Source: Amoeboaphelidium protococcarum X5
Taxonomy: Eukaryota; Fungi; Aphelidiomycota
Assembly (NCBI GenBank): GCA_023515725.1
Contig: JALDTO010000181.1
Span: forward strand, 124,001-188,000
Direction of reading: 5' to 3'
Length of the DNA: 64,000 bases
Below the pieces are notes generated by a model that saw nothing but the letters and a program-made list of their open reading frames with translations, searched no databases and had not been told where the DNA came from. Both the position numbers and the translations under genes were made by a program. Position 1 is the stretch's first letter, and every line of letters starts with the position of its first letter. Positions 29,408 to 40,563 of the stretch are shown here, piece after piece.

Positions 29408-32400
29408 TCACTATTTACTGTAACGCTTTCCATTTACAGTCCAAGGCTTTAAACGCGTCAAAATGTTGCACATCATTACAGCATATGCGTAGACGTCACC
29501 AGCTTTCAGCACTTGAGGTTGTCTCTCCAGGAAATGATGTCTAAAATTCAGCAAAACTTCCGGTGCAGCATAAGCCACAGACAAACCTCTCTACTAACTG
29601 ACCTGGAAAGCTGCAACCTGCAGAGCACTGTCATCAGCGATACAAGAGATTCCAAAGTCGGACAGAATAGGAACCAGCCAATGTGCAACAGGATCAGAAT
29701 CGAGCAGTACATTTTACGGCTTCAAGTCACAATGCACAATTTCCTGACTGTGCATATAAGCCAAAGTCTGAGCCAGAATCTTTAGCAAAACATGAACCTG
29801 AACCTTACTATATGCAAATACATTAACCGCTTGGCCATCTCCAAGAACGTAAGATGACAAAGTGCCAAATGGATAGTACTTCAAAAGCATGGCAGCTTCA
29901 AACGTGTCGCAGTAAGCATATAGCTTTGTGATGAAAGGAACATCCCTAAACTTCCACAACAAACTAAGCTCCTGGTAGAATGCCTGCTGATCATTCACAG
30001 ACATCTACCCAATTGCATGATTACACACCTTGGCCACCGCCTGCTCATTCCCGACCATATCATTGATTTTGGGTGCCAGAATGCGGACAGCATAAATTTT
30101 AGACGTACCACCAGCAGCGACTTAATGCAATAGCTAAAAGTCAGTTCCAAAATCACTCTTGAGAAAGGCAGGAATGTAGATTGCGTAATTAGTTGATAAA
30201 GCAGTTGTCTGCGTTTGCATAGTTGTTCCACTAGGAAGGTAACCAGTTTACTGTGAAGATGAGTACGATGTCGCCATGTACACAGGCTTTGACAGAGTAG
30301 TGGCCTTAAGCAATGTACGTCTTTTATGCTATCTATAAACCATGATAGCGCCTATAAATACTGCAGCGATGATAACAAACGCAACTATTCCCAAGATACT
30401 AGCGAGGGAGAAGAGATTAGAAGGTTAAGACTAAGGAGCCTATGATCCATCATTAGGGTCAGAATCAGACGACGCAGTGGAAGTAAATTAATTACTTACA
30501 TAACTAAAAGGGAACGCAAAGGTGAGCACAACAGATGTTTTATGCGACGACGTAGAGCCAACCACGGTGGAACTATTTAAACTAACCAAAGACGACCATA
30601 CGTAAGAAGACAATTCCAATGTTGTGCTCGTAAACACATCGGAAGTGGTAGATGTTGTAGTGGTAGTGGTAGTCGTAGAAGTAGTAGTTGTTGTAGTTGT
30701 CGTTGAGGTAGTAGTAGTCGTCGTGGTCGTCGGAGTTGTTGTGGTAGTAGTAGTAGTTGTTGTTGTCGTAGGAGTAGTAGTCGTAGTGGTTGTCGTGGTA
30801 GTAGTGGTTGTGGTAGTTGGAGTTGTTGTTGTAGTAGTGGTGGTAGTTGTTGTTGTTGTAGTCGTTGTAGTAGTTGTCGTCGTAGTTGTTGGAGTCGTTG
30901 TGGTAGTAGTAGTTGTTGTTGTCGTCGTAGGAGTCGTGGTCGTAGTCGTTGTCGTAGTTGTTGTCGTCGTAGTAGTCGTTGTCGTTGTCGTGGTTGGAGT
31001 TGTTGTTGTTGTAGTGGTGGTGGTAGTCGTAGTAGTTGTCGTAGGGGTAGTAGTAGTCGTCGTGGTAGTAGTCGTACTTGTTGTTGTCGTGGTAGTTGTA
31101 GTAGTTGTACTTGTTGTAGTAGTAGTAGTCGTGGTGGTCGTCGTGGTAGTAGTTGTCGTAGTAGTCGTAGTAGTAGTTGTTGTCGTCACAGGCTTCGTCC
31201 TTGTCGTGGCCAACCTCTAAAATGCGCGAGACTAACCTTATTAGACCGCCAATCTACCATCATTCACCAATTAGCAGGCAATATTCACATATCCATAGAA
31301 ATCGACCACTATGCCAAGACCCATATCATCCATAGTACTGCTCACAGTGTAAAAATTATAGGAGTTCTACCAGTTTAAAGTAGAAGGACTTAGCCGCAAG
31401 TACACCCCATCCTTTCCTCCATTATTACTAAATGAGCCCGCAGTTCCTTTTATCCAGCCAGTGACCCAGATGTTTCCGGTAGCAAAGTCGACATTGATCG
31501 CTTCAAAAGCATCTTCAGACGATGACCCATATATCAAACTCTTAGCCAATTTTGTACCAGCCAAATTGAACTCAGTTACCCAGCCATCACCTAATCCTGA
31601 TGCAGATTCTCCATCGATCGAACCCTGGATGTACCCGGCAGCAAATATAGTAGAACCAGAAAGACTAAACGCCAGAGCATTGATACCAGACCTGGTGACG
31701 CCGGTTACAACGGTGGATGAGATCTCACTTCCATCATCAGGACTGAAAACTGTAAAGAGTGCATTAACATTGTTAAATACACCACCAGCATAAATATAGT
31801 TAGCATTGTTAGGCGCAACTAGAATTGATCTTATATCACATCCTGAAGTTGAAGTCTTTTGCACAGTCCAAATGTGTTGACCAGCAGCGCTATACTTTGA
31901 TAGAAAGCACTATGAAATGGACAGCGACTGACTTGAGCCCGTGTTCACATAGCCATAAGTATTCCCAGCGACGTACACAAACTAGTTGTACGAATCAACA
32001 TATACAGTCTTTGGAAAGTCATTATACATTGAACCAAATATACGCGTCCATATAACTGTGCCGACTGAGTTTACTTTGACCAGCGCTATATCAACTCCAC
32101 CAATCAGTGATTGGCCATTAAACGCGTTGCTACAGCGACCCACAGCATACACCTCTAGCGTGGCAGTATCAACACTCACAGCTTCAAATTGATTACCAGA
32201 GCCAGCGCCATAGGTGACAGTGCGAGTAATAGTTTACGTTGCAGGAGCGTATTGAACCAGAGCATAAAGGCCATTCTTAGAGCAAGCAGTCCATAGTGAG
32301 CCATCTGAGCTCAATTTCACGTCAGTTGCGTTATCGCAAACAATCGTTGTGTCATATTGAGCGTGAGCACGTTGAGACAGAAAGGCAATGATTAATGCCA

Positions 32401-32428
32401 GCAAATAAAGATAATAATACTAATGCAT
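29408..32428 (-). CDS. Receptor-like kinase copy 4 (mosaic of copy 3-like and copy 2-like parts): signal peptide, SBBP propeller, longest poly-Thr stalk, TM, truncated non-RD kinase; 1006 aa
   Basis: ATG 32428 (MHQYYYLYLLALIIAFLSQRAHAQ) to TGA 29408 in one frame; ends ...KPWTVNGKRYSKQ*. Confidence 0.9.
30645..31190 (-). repeat. Poly-Thr stalk of RLK copy 4
   Basis: About 180 codons, mostly Thr, with mixed synonymous codons. Confidence 0.9.
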
Positions 32429-33270
32429 AATGGTCTTTAAAGTTAGATAATCGATTTATCAATACTTTTAATTGTTACAGTTATTATTATTACTATTGAT
32501 GAAATATGACACCATAAGAAGATAAAGACTGTCAAACAGTTAAGTGGCCTGTGTGTTACGACATGCGCTATTTTTAGCACTCAATTAAGGACATGAGGTT
32601 ATTATGTAAAGAATTCTTTAGAAGGTAGAATATAATTGCAAATAACTGTAAAGATTATATTCCACATAACAATAAAACAATGTTATAATTGAAGGTAGAT
32701 AAAGGCGATGATATAATTCGTTAAAAGTTAGCAAAAGGCTGAAGATACCATAGAGCTGAAGCTTGAAACGGGCCGTCTTTTGCCCTCTTCCCGCTCTCGT
32801 TCTCATTGTTCTTACTGTACAGTACATCTGTCGTGCAACTTAGAGCCAAAGAGAAAGCATATGCGGACAAATAATCAACCATGATGTTGTCACAAATTAA
32901 ATTTACCTTAAAGTTGTTTCATCACCTCTTTCCTCAGTATATCCTCGCTGGCGAGTAAACGAAATCGCGTTGCATTTCTATATCTGAGTACTGGTAGTTG
33001 ACATGGTTATAGTCTTACGCGCCTATCATACTTCTTTCAAAGGCAATGGTGTCTAGCTTTCGAGAAGATACTCACTTGACAAACTTTGGCGCGATAATTA
33101 GAGATTAAATTACTGCCGTTTGACGAATTCACTGCGGCTCCTGGGTATGGTTAGAGTAATAAGGGGCAACTAGGGATCAGATGATGTGCAGTCCTCAATT
33201 TCACACACTTTGCTCTCACTCAACAACAATCGCGGAACTCCATTTAATTCTCTGACTCGAATTTTCGACT

Positions 33271-33492
33271 ATGCAGGTGCTTTTGATACTGGCACTGTTT
33301 GTCACTATTGCGGCACATTTGAATGAAGCTGCTGTGGTGTCCACGCGTAAAAGTGGCAAAGTGTCATTCGGTGGTAGTTAATCGTCTGGTAAATCCCCAT
33401 TCTCTTCGTCAGGCAGTAAGAACAAGGGCAAGAATAAGAAGATTGAAAAAGTTGTGTCGGAGCTAGAGAAGGAATTGTCCTAGGACCAGTCA

Positions 33493-33539
<47 letters not shown>

Positions 33540-34104
33540 ATAGCAGTAGTTGAGGCAAGTATCATTCGTAAGTGTACCCGAGTCTAGCTATAATAATTTC
33601 TATGCAAAGGCTTAAAAGTCTGCTAAACGTCCACACTATATGTAAAAGGACGTACCTTTTGCTGCTATATCTTCTCTCACTGCGTACGATCTGTCCTTTG
33701 ACAGTGACGCGTACGATAAGCTGGAGAATTATGCTGAAGATCACATGCAGATTTTCGGCGGTGCCTTGGACGAATTCACTTCTGGTAAAGACACGTACGT
33801 TGCGACTGCTCTATCTGTTGACGCGTTCAAGAGCGGGAATTACAAGTTCGCTCCATATATGTTCCGCACTAATGATGGTAATATCAATATTGTCCTTCTG
33901 AATGAGGACAAGTATGAGTTGATTGTAAGAGGATCGTGCGATGTCAAATAGGACGTGGATTAGATTGACTCTAACGTCAACTGGCGTGATGACGATGACG
34001 CTGCCAAGTTTGCTTGCAGCTTGTGGAATGGCTTTCGTAAATATGTCTCGTCTGGTGATCCTCAAATGGGTTATGTGCCTGCTAAGAATGCCCAGCGCTA
34101 CTGA
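33271..34104 (+). CDS. Putative secreted orphan protein with a basic patch and a poly-Gln tract, 277 aa
   Basis: ATG 33271 (MQVLLILALFVTIAAHLNEAA, signal-peptide-like), then SKNKGKNKK, Q19, and a globular C-terminal region ending at TGA 34104. Confidence 0.72.
33493..33549 (+). repeat. (TAG)15-TAA-TAG-CAG-TAG trinucleotide repeat encoding poly-Gln
   Basis: In frame with ATG 33271; TAG, TAA and CAG are interspersed in one homopolymeric codon run. Confidence 0.85.
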
Positions 34105-34250
34105 ACTTTATTACTTGATATTCTACAGCGAGCAACGTAATAATTTTGAGTCAACTGCTTGTTTTTCATTTGGTTTTAATCTTATACTTTTAGTTGACAA
34201 TTAAGAGCAAGTCAAGCCCAACGTCCAACTAAAATGCTTAAAACATTCTA

Positions 34251-36989
34251 TCAAATCTATTGAGTACACTTGTTACATGTATAAGTCTACCGTTCCTACA
34301 AACAGCTGAAATGCACTTGGTGAGAGCATTTGAGAATCGCTAAAGAATCGTCATATTGAGCAGTATCGCCGCCATTATTATAATCATTGAGTTTCTAATC
34401 GCACAATGAGCATTCTACATCACCATCACCAGCCCCTTTCCTAATCGCTCTGCCTTTCCGTTAACGCTTCAGATATAATACAAGCAGATGAAGATAATCC
34501 TCCTGATATATGACATTAGTCTCCACCAACAGATTAAGAGTAGATTTGAATTCTTTGATACTGCTAATCAATGCATCTTAAATGGCTCTAGTTAGTCTTG
34601 CATCATTGCCAATAAAACTGAGCAGCTTCAGAATATCAATCTATTCATACGCATTGACCAGTAGCTATTGCAGCAGTTCTGGCCACTGGGAACTCTACTC
34701 CATCACACGCTACCACACGTCCTCATCGTTAACACTTAGACAGAAATTAACAATGGATACCACATCTCGCGTCTGGAATAGTACATTCAATGCCCGCTGT
34801 AGATCTCCAATCTTGGACAGTATATAAACCATTTCATCAATGAGACTGTACTGTTGACACACTTTAAGAGCTTTGGACAGATCGTACGCATTACTAATCC
34901 TCAAAAAACGCAAAAGGCGATCTGGCATATATTGAGCATACAATTTTACCATCAAATCGTGATACTGTACCGTCTTTGGTGCATCAAAATCGTACAAATG
35001 GTCCAGATATATAATCAAAGCTTAATCTTGGCCAGATAAGATATCAATAATGGTGCTTGGAGATTAATAGGTGGAATCTTCGGCAAGCATATATATACAC
35101 AACTTGACACTATCATTGACCCGACTCTTGTCATAAGATAGATACTACACCAAAATCTGAGGCAAATCACGCTAAATGTTCCAAGTTATAACAAAGCCAT
35201 CACTGGATGTATCATCATTCAAAGCTAACAGACATACGCAGCAATCCAAATATCTAGCCTACCGTTCATATAGCAAATAAGCCGCTTAACAAAAATGTAA
35301 ATCATCCATCCTTTCACTAAATACATCGTCCACTAGAGACAGAATCTCTGTGTAATCAAACTGCTTCCCACTTTATACTTATCTAGATTCAGGGCTAGAA
35401 GTCAGCAGAGAAGAGATAAGCCTCAGGAATCTAGGCGTATCGTTAAGAGCACAGTATCCAAGAATGAGCTCAAGAGCATTTTACTCTAAACATAGCACGA
35501 TGTCTTATGGTATCTCTTGTATAATGCAAGAAAGCTAATCCTCTTCTACATAACGATAAATCCATTGCTCCCAGGCGGTAACTGATTAAACATTCTCCCT
35601 CAGAATCTGTGCACCATCTTCATACCTCTTCAAAGATAACAATGAATTGACGTAAAGCTGCGCAACATCCTCCACAGTATACTCTATCTATTACTGCGCA
35701 TAAGAATCAACTGATGATAACCTACCAACATCACTATTTGGATTCTATAAATCTTTCAGCAGATCCAATGCCTCTTAATACTTTGCCTCATCTAGCAATT
35801 ACTCCAAAATATCATTCTATGATTTCTATTTTATTACTATCAAATCATTTGGCGTTGACACTAACAAGTCAAAATCACTACTAGATGTTGACAGTGCACC
35901 TGCATTACCAAGATAAGATGATTCGAGTCTTAGAGGTTAACTAAAATTACTCCCAGACTAGGTGGTACTGATAAAGCTTATAAGAGTTGAAGTAACTTCA
36001 GCAAATTTCTTGGTTTCTATAATTTACAATATCGGCTATTACTAATTATTATTATCACTTCTAGTTTAAGCAGAGTATTAGCCATTCTCCATCCGCATAT
36101 CAACTGTCCGCTGTACAAGCAAAGATAGATAAGAATCACTGATAAATTACATGTCCACAATATTATAATCTAGACGTACATTCTTGACATTCTAAATCTG
36201 CTAATTATATAGATAAATGGTTTATCTCTGAGCAATATATAAGCACTTCTATAGAGCGTTATAACGCGCCACCACTCTATTGCAGATACGCCTATGATCT
36301 TCTTTATTACTCTAATTAAAATCAACATTCTATTGCTAAGAAGCATTGTGGATTAATTTAATCTATTGCGAGTCCGCACTTTAACTTGATTATTATGATG
36401 AAGACTATGCAGCAGCAGCCAATTAGTATACAAGCCCCGAGGTGGTTGTCAGAATATAAACACCACCCCAATCCTGAATAGATATTACGCTCTCATAATA
36501 CTCACCATCCACATTAAATTGATTTAAAACTGTAAATTTAGAATTACCAAGACACTTTAAAAATTTACCATCAGCAGCTGTAAATACAAATTAAGAAGCA
36601 TCCACCATGAGAATACACTTGATAGGACGTACATAGGCAAACTTTTTAAATACTCGATCCAGTTCTTGCACGATAATCTCACCATCCAGGGATGCAGATA
36701 CAATAGTGTCAGCCTGTGATGAACTAGTATAAGAGCTTATGCTGACGATCTAAGTTCTATGGAATCCTTTAAGCTAATTCTTTATCACAATCCCAGAATG
36801 ATCCATTATCATCACCCGTCCAGTCATGGTGCCAACCACAATGTACTTGTTATGAGAGGGTAAGTGAACAGAGGAGATTAATACTTCCGCATCCTTTTAC
36901 TAACAGTGATGATTATCATTGCCTCCACCATTACTATGGCTATTATGTTCTACACTCTCTGGCAGAATTCTACTAAACTGTAATTGCAT
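34251..36989 (-). CDS. VPS41: HOPS subunit Vps41 (WD40, clathrin heavy-chain repeat, RING-H2), 912 aa
   Basis: N-terminal propeller (YIVVGTMTGRVMIMD, SASLDGEI, RPIKCI); YHDLMVKLYAQYMPDRLLRFLRISNAYDLSKAL..EMVYILSKIG; C-terminal CSLC...CSHQVHFSC...CNKC. Confidence 0.88.
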
Positions 36990-37265
36990 ATTCTATTCTT
37001 ACAACAAATAAATTCAATTAAGTGAGACTGTGCGAGGGAAGTTCCAAGAAATCGCGCCAGATGAAAGAAAGACGAAGAGGTGAAAGAACAGCGAAGGACC
37101 TGAAGATCACAAAGAGCGAAAGACAGAGAGATCTTAACAGTACGTGTACACTTCCGTTTCGCTGATAAGAATTCCTCAATATCTACTAGATTATATTAGG
37201 TTTTTGAATATAGAATATTTTTGCTTGGTATAGATTAAGTAAGAGAATAATAATAATAATAATAA

Positions 37266-37936
37266 ATGTTTTCTAGTGGCGGAGGAAATGCGGGAAATAG
37301 GGGAAGTGCTACTGCAATGAGGCGATTAGTTAAAGAGTACAAAGAGCTGACACAGAACGCTCCAGAGGGAATTCTAGCGGCTCCACTCACTGAAGATGAT
37401 ATGTTTACATGGGAGGCTGTGATTAGGTAGGTATTATACATGATTATATGATTTTACTGTGATATAACTCCGGAAGATTGTTTATAGGAGTGTAGAGGTC
37501 CTAGTGGAACTCCGTATGAAGATGGTGTATTCCAGGCTATTCTAACGTTCCCGAAAGATTATCCTCTGTCTCCTCCGAAAATGAAGTTCACCTCTGCCAT
37601 GTATCATCCCAACATATATCCAGATGGTGGTGTGTGTATATCCATACTGCACAGTCCCGGTGATGATCCGAACATGTATGAAAGCGCTTCTGAGCGATGG
37701 TCTCCTGGTAGGATTCAAATATTATTTCTATGTTTGAATGTCTATAATCGCCACATAGCATAGATAACATTGTAGTTTAATCCATTGAAAAGATTCTACT
37801 CTCCGTGGTGTCGATGCTCAGTGAGCCAAATGATGAGTCTCCAGCGAATATTGACGCTGCTAAAGTCTGGCGGACGGATAGGTAACACTTTAACAAACTG
37901 GTTGATGAGACTGTTAGAAAATCTATTGGGCTGTGA
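37266..37936 (+). CDS. UBC7: Ubiquitin-conjugating enzyme Ubc7/UBE2G (introns 37427-37495 and 37708-37775)
   Basis: [56 protein letters not shown]|[11 protein letters not shown]; the conserved Q is a TAA codon. Confidence 0.95.
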
Positions 37937-38035
37937 TTACGTATAACGAATTATTGCGCGTTTAAAAGCTCTGAAAATTTTATATTATGGTACGATTCCA
38001 TTATCACATTCACCTCTAATTCAGCGTTGTCATCG

Positions 38036-40152
38036 TCACTCCTTGTTGGCTTTATCATCGTCCATATTCACCTTGAGATCGTTAAAGGATATAACACTTA
38101 GTCTGCTTTCATAAGTTCCACTGCGCTCCTTAAATGTTGCACTTTTGCGATTCTTCGCTGAAGATTTGGCAGAGTATCTATCTGAAGAAATCGCCTATAG
38201 CTTGCGTCTCAACTAAGCAGCTTCGCTCTCTTCAGCATTATCATCATCGTCATCATCAAAATCTGTATTAAGCGAAACTTCTTTGAAAAGCAATTTACCG
38301 CGATGGTCTGTAGATCCAGTTTTGGCGAACGACAATACACTGACCGTGTCATCGTTATTGCTGTCTGTGACTGATGTCTAAAAGTTTAGGTTGGCAGTTC
38401 GCTTCTTGTACCCAGCAGTTAATGCCTTGATCTCATCAGAGTTTGAGAAACGCGGGAAGCAATCCTTACGCAATATCTCATACACATGAGCAGCAGCCTC
38501 TTCATACAGGTTAAATAAGACATGTTTACTCTCATTGACATCTTGATCAGCCTTAGCTAAGGCCTACTTTACTTTGCCGCGAACCAGTGCATCGATGTTG
38601 ATTTCATGATCACTGCCTTCATTGATGTAATTAAGATAGATTTCTTGACACTTACTCTTCAATTCTGGCAAATCAGTGATGGTGTCCAGCTGCTTAACAG
38701 TCAGATAGAAATCAAGATTCTCCTACGCAAGATCCCTTTCCAGAAATTTGCGGAAGTACTTGAGACCTTCACGATCATTCATCAAGTCAACGAATCTGCA
38801 TCGCCACAGGTACACACGTTCAGGTCTTGGTAGTTCATCCTCGCTACATTAGTTGAGATAGAGGGATAGTCGAACAAATATGAGCAAATTATATAGAGCA
38901 TATATTCGTACCTTTTATCAGTAAAGTTTGAAGTCTCACTTCTACGGAATGGATTATGATCTGCCATTTGACTAATGAACGGATCATTGTCATGCCACAC
39001 GTCACAATGCTTCACCAACCTACATAAGCATCAAATCACGGTAATTTGCAAATTAAATAATTAGTAAAACTTACTTTTTGCAAAGTACTGATGCGGGAGT
39101 TATTAAATTTTGTAACTCGGCCGTCTGCTATTCGACGCGCTTCATTAATAATTCCAACTATGTATGAGCAGGTAAAGCACTGAGAAACTCTTCAAATGAC
39201 AATCTTCTCCTTCCAAGGGCCTTATCTTCTTTAATGAGCTCAGCGGCGACGTTTGATCCGGCAGAAGGATATATCACACGCCAAAACGCGTAGTCACGAA
39301 CTTCCGCAAGCTTACGATCTCGTTTATCAAGAGAACTCAGGTAAGCTTTCTATCTATCGCTACCCTGAACAATTGCTTTCCACTACGATATGGAGTTCTT
39401 TTCAACCTCGTAAAATCGCTCCGTCTCCTCCTTATTAAGCTAAAACTTTCCATCATTTTTGGCTGATCGGCGTAACAGGTGGATGGCGTAATCGAGATCG
39501 GCAACATCCATCAAGAGTGGCCGCAATAGCAAATCAGCTTGGAACGTGTAGTAGGAGTCGCTGCTGTTCTAGGCATTGAACTGCGAAACATCCAGCGGAC
39601 ACAGGTAACCAAAATCTATGAACTTTTAGAAGAGGGACATCACCTCTTCCTTATCTAAGATCTGGAATCTCCTTTACAACCATGCAAAGATCTCTGATCC
39701 AATCGCAGCAGCTGGAATGGTATCAAATAACTTTTTGCGATCCGAGAATCCAACACCATCTACAGGATCTCGCATCTCCAGCAACCACTAATCTAATTTG
39801 GCGTATGCATTTACAAGAGGCGCATACTTTCCTTCTCTACTCAATTAAACTTGCTACTCTAGATGCTAAAGCGTGTTAAGCAGCAAATTCTTCATACCAT
39901 TGTCTTTAATACTTTCCAGTTGTTTTAAGAGCATCGATTGATCCTACTTCTTACCAGTCAGCTTGGTCATGGTCGCGGGTAAGAAAACGTCCTTTCTACA
40001 GAGTAAGATCCGTTGTTGGCAATGTTATTATATAGGTAGTTTAGTACTTACTTTTCAGCCTTTACATCCTGATAGATCGACTGCGGGTTGTTGCTATTTT
40101 GATCTTTTGAGGCTACAGATGACGATGTATAAACCGATTTGAATTGCGACAT
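38036..40152 (-). CDS. R7-family-like RGS protein A (DEP-DHEX-GGL-RGS); introns 39996-40051, 39020-39074, 38844-38911
   Basis: DEP: MRDPVDGV...IGSEIFAWL...GYLCP. DHEX: DLDYAIHLLRR...RDYAFWRVIYP. GGL: LCKKLVKHCDVWHDNDPFISQMADHNPF. RGS: GLKYFRKFLERDLAQENLDFY...EINID...RKDCFPRF. Confidence 0.85.
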
Positions 40153-40563
40153 TTCCGTAATGATAATACTATTTTACTAAAATATAAGAATTTGATATCG
40201 GAATTAGAAAATCTAGCACCACACGACCGTAATCTTATCACCCTTATCGCAGCTTTAATTGTTATCGATACGTTCTAAAAATAGCGCTCGCCAGGTCCTC
40301 ACATCTCTATGATCATCCAAAGTTAAATTTCATTGCTCACAATGATGATTAATATTCACTCCCTAGATCTACCATTAATTACAGGTAATAAAATATAAAA
40401 GTTTCCGTTTTATCGCTTACGTATAGTTAGCTTTGAGGCAACCAGTAGGTGCTCCGTACCGTTGATAAGATAAACTAGATAGTAAAAGCTTTAATATAAT
40501 CCAACTCACAGTAAAGATGATAGCTTCAATTTAGTACAGTATTACTTCAATTCAGAGTATCAT

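Noticed and set aside
22263-31220. Poly-Val ORFs on the + strand (22263-22784, 26627-26836, 30624-31220)
   Set aside because: They are antisense shadows of the poly-Thr stalks, which lie in frame within the minus-strand kinase genes.
21047-32428. CRISPR array or transposon-derived repeats
   Set aside because: The repeats are whole-gene tandem duplications and codon repeats; I saw no repeat-spacer periodicity, terminal repeats or transposase/RT motifs.
33305-33565. Minus-strand poly-Thr ORF that might be a fifth RLK fragment
   Set aside because: It is a pure (ACT)n run with no flanking propeller, TM or kinase homology; the + strand poly-Gln ORF with a signal peptide explains it better.
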